A stretch of DNA of 58,395 bases, taken from contig QZJN01000005.1 of assembly GCA_003599335.1 (NCBI GenBank), positions 1 to 58,395 of the forward strand, in the 5' to 3' direction. The translations under genes and the position numbers were made by a program. A model generated the notes under the pieces. The model worked only from the letters and a program-made list of their open reading frames with translations. It ran no database searches and had not been told where the DNA came from. Source of the DNA: Candidatus Parcubacteria bacterium (GTDB lineage Bacteria > Patescibacteriota > Minisyncoccia > SURF-38). This document shows positions 25,926 through 34,109 of this stretch, in pieces (positions within the stretch are counted from its first letter, which is position 1; each line of letters opens with the position of its first letter).

Positions 25926-26953
25926 AGTTTTCTAAGCGAACTAATTGTTTTATAGGCCTGCCACCAACTTTTATCCAAAACAAGATCAAAGCTTCCGGCC
26001 AAGTTTGAGATTGTACCTCCAAAACCTTCTTTAAATCTTGTTACGCCTGGCCAGCGTTTTTCATCTATCCCCCAAAGATCATAGTTTTTGAAACCAAGGG
26101 AGCGTGATTTTTCCATAACGTGGCGGTGTAGGAGGTGGGGGCTCATTAGAGATCTATGTTCATAGCTGAAAGCTCCGTGGAGATAATAAACATTGGGGTA
26201 ATGAAACATTATTAAGATTGCTCCTACCAGTTCTTTATTTTTTTCCGCAAAGAAGATTTTTGTAAAAGGTTGTTTTTTTTCTTTTTTATCTTCTTGAAAA
26301 CATTCCATCAGGTTTAAATAATGATTTTTGGAGTGGGTTTTGAACCCGTCACGAGAGGCTGTTTTTTGAAGGAGTCCAAAAAAACTATCAATATCTTTAG
26401 TTTCTTTTATATTTAACCCATGTTTTTGCGCGAGACGGATGTTATAACGAGTTTTTGGTTTAAACGAAGCTTCAAGTTCAAGGTCGGATTTTGTTATATC
26501 AACAACCCTCGTCGTTTTAGGCTGGATGTTTTTGTCAGAAGCATGGAAGTTTGATTCTTTCAATAAATCAAGCAAATCTTTTTGTTCTGGTGAAATCCAG
26601 GGCGGCTCTACTTTTAAGAAAACAGATCCTGTTTGTCTGGAAAGCAGGTGAATTTTTTCAACAAAATCCAAAAGATACTCTTTGATACTTTCTTTATTTA
26701 CTTCGGAAGCAATCACAGGACCCCTGGGGCAGTAAAGATAGGATTTCCCCATGGGTAGTTCATGTTGAATAATAAGAGCCTGCAACTTGGAGTTTTTAGA
26801 AGCTTTTATCTGAAACCTGAAAGTTTTATGACCAATTTTGTTTTGAAACTCGCCCCATCTCCAGCTTTGTAGGAATAAGCCTTTTGGAAAAGTATTTTCA
26901 AGGACGATAAGTTCGTCCCAGTCTTTTTGCCCGGTTTGTCCGTCTGTTTTCAC
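25913..26953 (-). CDS. FemABX/MurM lipid II peptidyltransferase family
   Basis: FLQSWRWGEF, LYCPRGP, KTRYNIRLA.K, YDLWGI, GVTRFKEGFGG. Confidence 0.92.
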   Translation of the reverse strand: MKTDGQTGQKDWDELIVLENTFPKGLFLQSWRWGEFQNKIGHKTFRFQIKASKNSKLQALIIQHELPMGKSYLYCPRGPVIASEVNKESIKEYLLDFVEKIHLLSRQTGSVFLKVEPPWISPEQKDLLDLLKESNFHASDKNIQPKTTRVVDITKSDLELEASFKPKTRYNIRLAQKHGLNIKETKDIDSFFGLLQKTASRDGFKTHSKNHYLNLMECFQEDKKEKKQPFTKIFFAEKNKELVGAILIMFHYPNVYYLHGAFSYEHRSLMSPHLLHRHVMEKSRSLGFKNYDLWGIDEKRWPGVTRFKEGFGGTISNLAGSFDLVLDKSWWQAYKTISSLRKLWRR

Positions 26954-27531
26954 TATCTCTTGGATTTGCTTAAAGTTTTTAAAGCCTCTCTTATCCTTTC
27001 TTCCTCGTTTTTTACAGAGGGGTTTACGTGAGATAGAGCTTCGGCGCTTTCTTTTACGCCATACCCCATTCTGGTCAAGGCTTCGATTAAATCGGTGTCG
27101 TGAGAGCTGGTTGTTGATGCGAAATTTAACTCTTGGAGTTTATCTTTTAATTCAACCACGACAAGCTCGGCTGTCTTTTTGCCTATACCGGGAACTTTGG
27201 TAAGAAAAGTTGTGTCTTTATTTATAATTGCCGAGGCCAGGATTTTTACCGGAGCCAGAGATAAAATTCCAATAGCTGATTTTGGTCCTATTCCAGAAAC
27301 AGTGCGCAGCGTTTCATAAAATTCAAGCTCTTCGTTGGTTAGAAATCCATAAAGTTCGTGGGCATTTTCTCTTACTTCAAGCGTAGTAAAAAGTCTCGCA
27401 ATTCCTCCTGCGGCAGGAAGTTTAGACAAAGTCTCCGGGGAAGTAAAAACCTTGTATCCGACCCCATCGACTTTAACAACAACGTATTTTTTTGTTTTTA
27501 ACTGAACCGATCCTTCTAAAGATGCAATCAT
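26953..27531 (-). CDS. ruvA: Holliday junction binding protein RuvA
   Basis: MIASLEG, V.GVGY.V, LYGF....E, VSGIGPKSA, VPGIGKKTA..VVELKDK, AL..MGY. Confidence 0.98.
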   Translation of the reverse strand: MIASLEGSVQLKTKKYVVVKVDGVGYKVFTSPETLSKLPAAGGIARLFTTLEVRENAHELYGFLTNEELEFYETLRTVSGIGPKSAIGILSLAPVKILASAIINKDTTFLTKVPGIGKKTAELVVVELKDKLQELNFASTTSSHDTDLIEALTRMGYGVKESAEALSHVNPSVKNEEERIREALKTLSKSKR

Positions 27532-27637
27532 GGTCTTTTTATTGATAATTATGGTATATAGTTATATTCAGCGCTACAATCTTAAATAAGCACTTTTTTT
27601 GCCTTCTATCAACGACAGATGTTTATATCATATAGGC

Positions 27638-27663
27638 AAAAGGCCACCGTTGTTTTGGTGGCC
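27638..27663 (-). terminator. Intrinsic terminator for the 27686..27925 gene
   Basis: On minus strand GGCCACC-8nt-GGTGGCC followed by TTTT. Confidence 0.75.
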
Positions 27664-27685
27664 CCTTGGAAAGGAGAAAAGAGAA

Positions 27686-27925
27686 CTACCGCCGACAGAA
27701 GAAGCGCTCGTAGAGAAGAACCGCCGCTCCCAATAAAACACCGAACCATTTTGTGGCGACATCAAGATGCGGGTTTTGGAAAAATTGAAACAAGACGGCG
27801 TTATCGGAATTTTTCCAAAAATCGTACGTGACGTAGCTCACAAAGGCAAGGTTAATTATCGAAAGGCAGGCGCCGCTCCTCCCGGTGAACAGGAAGAAAG
27901 CAACCAGGCGCAGTTTTTGGGTCAT
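27686..27925 (-). CDS. Small two-TM hypothetical protein (79 aa)
   Basis: AAGGAG upstream of ATG 27925; TTGACT-17-TATAAA upstream on minus; terminator downstream; two hydrophobic segments. Confidence 0.7.
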   Translation of the reverse strand: MTQKLRLVAFFLFTGRSGACLSIINLAFVSYVTYDFWKNSDNAVLFQFFQNPHLDVATKWFGVLLGAAVLLYERFFCRR

Positions 27926-28018
27926 GTGCGGGGACACTCCTTCGCTTTTTCAGGAACTCAGAAATTTTATATAATATTTTCGGCTTAAAGTCAAGCAACA
28001 AAAGTTAACAAAAGTCAA

Positions 28019-30016
28019 ATGGATAAATTTGTTTTAAAATCAAAGTTTAATCCCAGAGGAGACCAACCAAAGGCCATAGAAAACTTGGTTGGCGGTATAA
28101 ATTTGGGACTTGAACATCAGACACTCCTTGGGGTTACCGGTTCTGGAAAAACCTACACAATGGCAAAGGTGATTGAATCAATCCAGCGTCCGACCCTGAT
28201 TATTTCTCCGAACAAAACTTTAGCCGCGCAACTTTATCAGGAGTTTAAAGATTTTTTTCCAAAAAACGAAGTTCACTATTTCGTAAGTTATTACGATTAC
28301 TATCAACCGGAAGCTTATATTCCTCAAACCGATACTTATATAGCTAAAGATGCGAAGATAGATGAGGATTTAGATAAATACCGACACGGAGCAACTCAGG
28401 CTTTGCTTACAAAAAGAAGCGTTATTGTAATCGCTTCTGTTTCTTGTATTTACAATATTGGTTCGCCGGCCGAATATCACAATTTAAGCCTACTTTTTTC
28501 TTTGGGTCAGAAAATCGGGCTAAAAAATTTATTATCTAATCTTGTTAGTCTTCAGTATTCTCGCAATGAGGTTGAAAAATTACACGGAACCTTCAGGGTT
28601 AGAGGTTCTCTGGTTGAAATTTATCCGGCTACGGGTGGTAAAATTTTTCGTATCGAGATAGGTCAAAATAAAATCATGAGAATTTTGGCGGCAGAAGATT
28701 CTCCCCAACCTTCTTTTTCGGAAATAAAGGAAATCAGAATATTTCCCGCAAAATATTGGGTCGCTCCATCGGACACTCTGAAAGTTGCCCTCAATAACAT
28801 AAGGGCAGAATTATCTTCAAGATTAAGAGAGTTGAAAGCTGCCAAAAAACTTCTCGAAGCCGAGAGGTTGGAATGGAGAACCAATAATGATCTTGCCATG
28901 CTCGAAAAGACCGGTTATTGCGCCGGAGTGGAAAACTACTCCTCTCATTTGGAATTTCGTAAAACCGGCAGCCCCCCCTTTACCCTCATTGATTATTTTC
29001 TTTATGCGCAGAAACTTCGCAAGGAAAAAGATCCTTTTTTGTGCATTTTAGATGAGTCTCATCTTGCCATTCCTCAAATTCGGGGAATGTGGCACGGAGA
29101 AAGAGCAAGAAAAGAGGTTTTGATAAATTACGGCTGGAGGTTGCCTTCGGCCATAGATAATCGCCCCCTAACTTTTGAAGAATTCGATAAGAAAGCAAGT
29201 TTAAGAATTTATGCTTCAGCTACCCCCGGTCCCTATGAATACAAACATTCAGAAAAAATAGTTGAGCAATTTGTGCGCCCGACAGGTCTTCTCGATCCCA
29301 CAATGGAAGTCAGGCCAACCGAAGGACAGATTAACGATTTAATAGAAGAAATAAAAAAGAGAGTCATAAAAAAACAAAGAGTTTTGGTTTCGGCTCTGAC
29401 CAAAAGATTATCTGAAGAGCTGACGGATTATCTTAAAGAAGAAAAAATAAAAGTTCAGTATCTTCATTCGGAAGTTAAAACTCTGGAGCGGCCGGAGATA
29501 CTGAAAGATTTAAGGGAAGGCAAATACGATGTTTTGGTTGGTGTCAATCTTTTGAGAGAGGGGCTTGATTTGCCAGAAGTTTCTCTTGTGGCTATTTTGG
29601 ATGCCGATAAGGAGGGTTTTTTGCGCAACTCAACAACTTTAATTCAGATGGCCGGCAGGGCTGCCCGTCACGTCGAGGGTGCGGTTATAATGTATGCCGA
29701 TACAATAACCGGTTCTATAAAAGCAGCCCTGGAAGAGACTAGGCGCAGGAGAAAAATACAGGAAAAGTTTAATAAACAGGAAGGCATTATTCCAAGAAGT
29801 ATTATTAAACAAGTTTCTGCCCCTCTGGTAAGAAAAAAAGAAATAAAGGAGGAAACAGACTTTTCTTTACCCGGACACTTGCTATTACAAGCCCAAGATG
29901 GTAAAAAAATATTGCGTCATCTTAGGTCCGAGATGAAAAAGGCCGCTTCCGAGCTCGATTTTGAAAAAGCGGTCAAATTAAGAGACCAGATAAGAAAATT
30001 AGAAGGTAAAAGTTAG
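28019..30016 (+). CDS. uvrB: Excinuclease ABC subunit B
   Basis: LLGVTGSGKT, NKTLAAQLY, FVSYYDYYQPEAY, DESH, NLLREGLDLPEV, C-terminal UVR domain. Confidence 0.99.
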   Translation: MDKFVLKSKFNPRGDQPKAIENLVGGINLGLEHQTLLGVTGSGKTYTMAKVIESIQRPTLIISPNKTLAAQLYQEFKDFFPKNEVHYFVSYYDYYQPEAYIPQTDTYIAKDAKIDEDLDKYRHGATQALLTKRSVIVIASVSCIYNIGSPAEYHNLSLLFSLGQKIGLKNLLSNLVSLQYSRNEVEKLHGTFRVRGSLVEIYPATGGKIFRIEIGQNKIMRILAAEDSPQPSFSEIKEIRIFPAKYWVAPSDTLKVALNNIRAELSSRLRELKAAKKLLEAERLEWRTNNDLAMLEKTGYCAGVENYSSHLEFRKTGSPPFTLIDYFLYAQKLRKEKDPFLCILDESHLAIPQIRGMWHGERARKEVLINYGWRLPSAIDNRPLTFEEFDKKASLRIYASATPGPYEYKHSEKIVEQFVRPTGLLDPTMEVRPTEGQINDLIEEIKKRVIKKQRVLVSALTKRLSEELTDYLKEEKIKVQYLHSEVKTLERPEILKDLREGKYDVLVGVNLLREGLDLPEVSLVAILDADKEGFLRNSTTLIQMAGRAARHVEGAVIMYADTITGSIKAALEETRRRRKIQEKFNKQEGIIPRSIIKQVSAPLVRKKEIKEETDFSLPGHLLLQAQDGKKILRHLRSEMKKAASELDFEKAVKLRDQIRKLEGKS

Positions 30017-30021
30017 CCAAA

Positions 30022-30288
30022 ATGCCAGTAACAAGATCTGCTAAAATAGCTTTACGTAAGAGCAAAAGATACCAGTCTCATAACAGAATTCACAAAGCCC
30101 GGATCAAAAAAGCCAACAAGGAAATCCGCAAATTGATTTCTTCGGGTAAACCAAAAGAAGCAGAGGCCAAGCTGAAGGAGTTTTACAAGTTTGTCGATAA
30201 AGCAGCCAAGGAAAAGGTTATAAAGAAAAACACAGCCGGGCGTCTCAAATCACGTCTTACTAAGGCGATTAAGAAAGCAGCCAAATAG
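30022..30288 (+). CDS. rpsT: 30S ribosomal protein S20
   Basis: MPVTRSAKIALRKS...DKAAK..VIKKNTAGRLKSRL. Confidence 0.97.
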   Translation: MPVTRSAKIALRKSKRYQSHNRIHKARIKKANKEIRKLISSGKPKEAEAKLKEFYKFVDKAAKEKVIKKNTAGRLKSRLTKAIKKAAK

Positions 30289-30298
30289 AAGCATTCAA

Positions 30299-30319
30299 AA
30301 CTCCCCCAAAAGGGGAGTT
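30299..30319 (+). terminator. Hairpin after rpsT
   Basis: AACTCCCC-CAAAA-GGGGAGTT. Confidence 0.7.
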
Positions 30320-30360
30320 CTTGGTGTAATGAGTTTTGCCAAATTAGCGTCAAAATAGAC

Positions 30361-30918
30361 ATGGGTTCTGTTTTGGCAAAAAGAGCGTCAATGGAAAAAG
30401 CCGATAATAAAAGTCAGGCGGAAAAATTTTTAAGAGCCTACGATCAACTTGTAGAAGGACTTTTTCGTTTTGCTGCTTTTCGGGTTTCAAACAAAGAAAC
30501 AGCCGAGGATCTGGTTTCTCAGGTTTTTCTGCGGACTTGGGAGTATGTCCAAAAAGGCAACGAAGTTCAGCACTGGAAAGTTTTTTTGTACAGAACCCTT
30601 TCCAACCTAGTAGTTGATCATTATCGTTCCAAAAAATACGAAACAAAAAGCCTTGATGGTTTGGGAGATGAAAACAAGTTTGAAATAGTTGACGAGGCAC
30701 AACTTCCTTCGGTAATTCAACAAAACAGCGAAGCCCGTTTGATTGTCGCTTCCTTCGCAAAATTACCGAGCGAGCAGCGCGATATTTTATGGTGGCGTTA
30801 TGTCGAAGATCTTGATGTTTTTGAGATAGCTTCTTTAACAGGTAAGAAACCAGCCAGCGTTTATGTCTCTATACACAGAGCCTTAAAAAAGGCGAGGGCT
30901 ATAAATAGTAAGAAATAG
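30361..30918 (+). CDS. ECF-type RNA polymerase sigma factor
   Basis: Region 2: AEDLVSQVFLRTW...WKVFLYR...NLVVDHYRS; region 4: LP.EQRDIL..RYVEDL...EIA..TGK...SV.V.IHRALKK. Confidence 0.95.
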   Translation: MGSVLAKRASMEKADNKSQAEKFLRAYDQLVEGLFRFAAFRVSNKETAEDLVSQVFLRTWEYVQKGNEVQHWKVFLYRTLSNLVVDHYRSKKYETKSLDGLGDENKFEIVDEAQLPSVIQQNSEARLIVASFAKLPSEQRDILWWRYVEDLDVFEIASLTGKKPASVYVSIHRALKKARAINSKK

Positions 30919-30931
30919 GTTTTTAATTAAT

Positions 30932-33019
30932 ATGGATTTCTTAAAAAATCTAAAAATAAAAAAGGTTTTGAGATTGCTGCGGGGTATTAAACCTTCTCCT
31001 CAATGGGTTTTAATGACTAGGGGTCGTCTTGAAAAACTCGCTGGTTTTGAGGTTAAGCCAAAACGGGAAATTTTTATAGTCAGAAATTTTGTTTTAAAAG
31101 CCGGGGTTGCCTTTGTTGCTTTTGCAATCGCCCTAGTCGGGACTTTTGCGAGTGCCAAGGAGAGTCTTCCAACAGATACTCTTTATCCTTTGAAATTATG
31201 GGGAGAAAGGGTCCAGAAAACCTTGATTTTGGGAGAGCAAAGCAAAGTTGAGTTCGCTTTAAGTTTGGCCGAAAGGCGTTTGAATGAAGCAGAAGAACTG
31301 GCTGCTTTGAAGGATGAAATTTTTGCCAACGAGGAAATAAAAGGAAAGGCTTTGGCAGTCATTGCTCCTTCTGATTCCGATCGAGGGGTTCTTTTAGCTG
31401 TTGAAAATTTTGAAAAACACCTTGGAGATGCCGAAGAGAGATTGGCTAAAATTGTAGACAGGGGAAACATTAACCAAATTTCTAAGATAGCGAAAAAGTT
31501 AGAACAAATTCAGGAGAGACAGCAACGCCTTCAGGAAAAATTAATCGTCCATCTCCCAGAGCTTGCACAGGCCCTTGAAGGAGCCCAAGTTGCATCTATT
31601 GAGGTTCAGAGAAACATAGACCGAGTTATTTTTACAATCAACACAACCGCTTCTTCCGGAGCGACTTCAAGCACGACAACGACGATTAGTTTGCAGAACA
31701 AAAACGCCGATAAAGCCGCTAAGGCCATTGAAAGGGCTGAACATAAAATATCAATCGTTGAAGATAAGCTGGAAAGATTTATTAACTCAACATCATCTGC
31801 TTTTTTCAGATTCAACGACGATGACGATGAAGATGATGATAAAAAATCTTTTGTACCACCGGGCCTTTTGAAGAAATTAAACTTTGAGCCAAATATTGCA
31901 TTTGCCAAGAGCAAGGGCAAAGATAAAATTGAAATAAAGTTCATAGAAAAAGATGATGTTTTTGAAAAACTGGAAGGAGCGAAAGAAAAAATTCTTGAGG
32001 CTAAAGAAAAATTAAACGAAGCCAAGTCTGCTTTTGCAGAAGGGGATTACGTAGAAGCTTATGAGAAGGCAATTGAGGCCTTTAAAAAAGCTGTTGAAGC
32101 CGAAGGAAAAATCAATAAAGGAGTTGGTTTTGGGGTGATTATTTCTCCCGATACCTCGGCGCCGTTAATAACCTCAATTTCGGTTCAGAGCGTCGGGACA
32201 TCTTCTGCGGTTATAAAATGGAGTACCAACGAACTTAGTGATTCGAGGGTTATGTATGGGACAAGCACAAGCTATGGGCTTGTGTCGGAAAATGGCGCTT
32301 TTGTCTTCACTCATTCGCTTTCATTATCTGGTCTTCAACCAAGTACGACATACCATTATAGAGTTATTTCCAATGATAAGTCCGGAAATACGGCGACTTC
32401 TTCTGATCATACATTTACAACAACATCGGCTGCTACAAGTGATACAACGGCGCCAGTGATTTCTTCTGTGGTTGTGAGTGCCGTTGGAACTTCTTCTGCA
32501 ACAATAAGTTGGTTTACAAATGAACCAGCAACTTCTCGCGTAAATTATGGGACAACTTCTTTGTACGGTCTCTTTGCGGTTAAAGACATTCTTGCAACAT
32601 CCCACAGTATTACTCTGAATGGACTGCAGGCTTCGACCTCATATCATTTTCAGGCTCGATCCGTTGATGGTTCGGGCAACATCGCGATTTCTTCAGACGG
32701 AGTGTTTATAACTTCTGGCTTGCCGGATACAACCGCGCCCGTGATTTCTGGAATTTCCGTAAGCGCAGTCTCGACAAGCTCGGCGACGATAAATTGGACA
32801 ACCAATGAGCCGGCCGATTCCTGGGTTGAGTTTGGCACGAGTTCAAGTTACGGCTTGGGTTCCTCAACCTCGGCTCTAGTCACGAATCACTCCATTGGTT
32901 TGTCGGGATTGTTTGAAAACACAATGTATCATTTCAGAATTTCCTCGGCAGACGCTTCCAGCAATACATCTGTTTCTTCAGACAACTCTTTTACCACAGC
33001 TTCAAGTTCAGCAGAGTAA
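30932..33019 (+). CDS. Putative anti-sigma factor: TM + DUF5667-like domain + three fibronectin-III/PAP-N-like repeats
   Basis: SLPTDTLYPLKLWGE.V....A.RRL.EA after a TM; three DT.AP.I....V..V.TSSA.I.W.TNE..S.V.YGT...YG...H...L.GL...T.YH repeats; directly follows the ECF sigma. Confidence 0.85.
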   Translation: MDFLKNLKIKKVLRLLRGIKPSPQWVLMTRGRLEKLAGFEVKPKREIFIVRNFVLKAGVAFVAFAIALVGTFASAKESLPTDTLYPLKLWGERVQKTLILGEQSKVEFALSLAERRLNEAEELAALKDEIFANEEIKGKALAVIAPSDSDRGVLLAVENFEKHLGDAEERLAKIVDRGNINQISKIAKKLEQIQERQQRLQEKLIVHLPELAQALEGAQVASIEVQRNIDRVIFTINTTASSGATSSTTTTISLQNKNADKAAKAIERAEHKISIVEDKLERFINSTSSAFFRFNDDDDEDDDKKSFVPPGLLKKLNFEPNIAFAKSKGKDKIEIKFIEKDDVFEKLEGAKEKILEAKEKLNEAKSAFAEGDYVEAYEKAIEAFKKAVEAEGKINKGVGFGVIISPDTSAPLITSISVQSVGTSSAVIKWSTNELSDSRVMYGTSTSYGLVSENGAFVFTHSLSLSGLQPSTTYHYRVISNDKSGNTATSSDHTFTTTSAATSDTTAPVISSVVVSAVGTSSATISWFTNEPATSRVNYGTTSLYGLFAVKDILATSHSITLNGLQASTSYHFQARSVDGSGNIAISSDGVFITSGLPDTTAPVISGISVSAVSTSSATINWTTNEPADSWVEFGTSSSYGLGSSTSALVTNHSIGLSGLFENTMYHFRISSADASSNTSVSSDNSFTTASSSAE

Positions 33020-33035
33020 ACAAAAGAAAGTAAAC

Positions 33036-33066
33036 AAAAGAGCCCAAAACCAAAAGGGCTTTTTGT
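33036..33066 (+). terminator. Intrinsic terminator
   Basis: AAGAGCCC-AAAACCAAAA-GGGCTTTTTG. Confidence 0.7.
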
Positions 33067-33109
33067 TTTACCATTTTCTTTATTAGCTTTTAGAGTTATT
33101 GTTTAAGAA

Positions 33110-33769
33110 ATGAAAGATATAACATATCGTTTATCTCCCTCAAGTCTTAACTTGCTGCGGGATTGCCCGAGGTGTTTTTGGCTTAAATATCGTCTCAAGA
33201 TTGATCGGCCTTCTTCTCCTTTGGCCAGTATTGCTACAGGTTTGGATTTGAATATAAAAAATTATTTTGGTAAATACCGAGTGAAAGGTTTGTTGCCTCC
33301 GATACTTGAAAAAAAGGTTTCAGGGCGCAACCTCAAGTTGGTTCCAAGGCCCATATCTTTTCTTAAATTCATAGACGAAGAGGGGGTTGTGTTTGTCGGA
33401 AAACTGGATGAAGCTCTTATTTTGGATGACAAATTTTATGCTCCGCTTGACCATAAAACAAGAGCTTCTCCTACTCAAAATGTTCACCAGGCTTATCAGT
33501 TGCAGATGGATGCATACGATCTACTCTTAGAAAAAAATGGTTATAAAACCAAAAACGTTGCCTTTTTGGCATACTTTACACCGCGTTCCGGGGAGCTTCA
33601 TCTGGGTTTTCCTTTTGATTTAGATTTGAAAGAAATAAAAACTTCGCCTCAGCGCGCTCAAGATTTCATAAATAAAGCTAAAGATACGCTTCTTTCAGAA
33701 GACATTCCGGTTGCAAGCCCGACTTGCCAATTTTGCGGGTACATTAACAGACTTAGCGAAACTCTTTAA
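33110..33769 (+). CDS. PD-(D/E)XK nuclease, Cas4/AddB-like (PDDEXK_1)
   Basis: LSPSSLNL..DCPRCFW, GKLDE.L....LDHKT, QL..Y, C-terminal CQFC. Confidence 0.9.
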   Translation: MKDITYRLSPSSLNLLRDCPRCFWLKYRLKIDRPSSPLASIATGLDLNIKNYFGKYRVKGLLPPILEKKVSGRNLKLVPRPISFLKFIDEEGVVFVGKLDEALILDDKFYAPLDHKTRASPTQNVHQAYQLQMDAYDLLLEKNGYKTKNVAFLAYFTPRSGELHLGFPFDLDLKEIKTSPQRAQDFINKAKDTLLSEDIPVASPTCQFCGYINRLSETL

Positions 33770-33803
33770 GATAAATCTGTCTATAGTTATTAACATTGCT
33801 TGG

Positions 33804-33831
33804 TTGCAATAGATTTTAGTTGAGCTAAAAT
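33804..33831 (+). promoter_or_regulatory. sigma70-like promoter (16-nt spacer) overlapped by two inverted repeats
   Basis: TTGCAA (33804-09), 16 nt, TAAAAT (33826-31); IRs ATTGC/GCAAT (33795-810) and ATTTTAG/CTAAAAT (33813-31). Confidence 0.55.
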
Positions 33832-33837
33832 TAAATC

Positions 33838-34025
33838 AGAGGGAAAGGCCAAATGAGGAAAACTTAATCGTCAAAAAGCTCCGGACCCTCGGTAGTTCTT
33901 CTCGCTGGATATCCAGCATTCTCATAGCTCTTTTCTTTTTCAATATAGTTCTTTTCCTGTCGCCACGAGCGGCAGACCCACTCACTTTTTCAACACGAGC
34001 GGCATCTGCCCTCGTGGTCTTTTTT
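33838..34025 (+). ncRNA. Candidate small RNA 2 (5' end complementary to RNA 1)
   Basis: ~190 nt between a promoter-like element and a hairpin+T6 terminator (33994-34025); no ATG-started ORF except MRKT*; 14-bp palindrome at 33904-17; 33845-33872 complementary to 11964-11995. Confidence 0.5.
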
Positions 34026-34109
34026 ACCCATAAAAACTTGACAAATATAAGATTATGTATTATTAGTTAGGTTGGTTCTCAATGGTAAAAACATTCAAGG
34101 AGAAAGAGC

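Noticed and set aside
27767-27988. 73-aa + strand ORF
   Set aside because: The opposite strand has promoter, SD, TM character and terminator.
32140-33000. DNA-level repeats in the anti-sigma gene
   Set aside because: Explained by three protein domain repeats.
27990-33045. Short direct repeats AACAAAAGT x2 (~27997-28015) and AGTAAACAAAAGA x2 (~33015-33041)
   Set aside because: Two-copy, A-rich, low-complexity; expected in this composition.
33865-34031. Minus-strand frame MGKKDHEGRCRSC*KSEWVCRSWRQEKNYIEKEK...ELFDD* with one in-frame TGA (possible recoding or pseudogene)
   Set aside because: TGA is used as a stop elsewhere (e.g. dnaN), there is no SD or clear promoter, the CRS repeat is explained by the 30-nt duplication, and the U-tract polarity favours a + strand transcript. 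Kept only as an alternative.
33852-34070. Hydrophobic + strand frame (..WISSILIALFFFNIVLFLSP..) reachable from ATG 33853 by a -1 shift
   Set aside because: No canonical slippery heptamer, it has no start codon of its own, it runs through the terminator and next promoter, and T-rich sequence produces such frames by chance.
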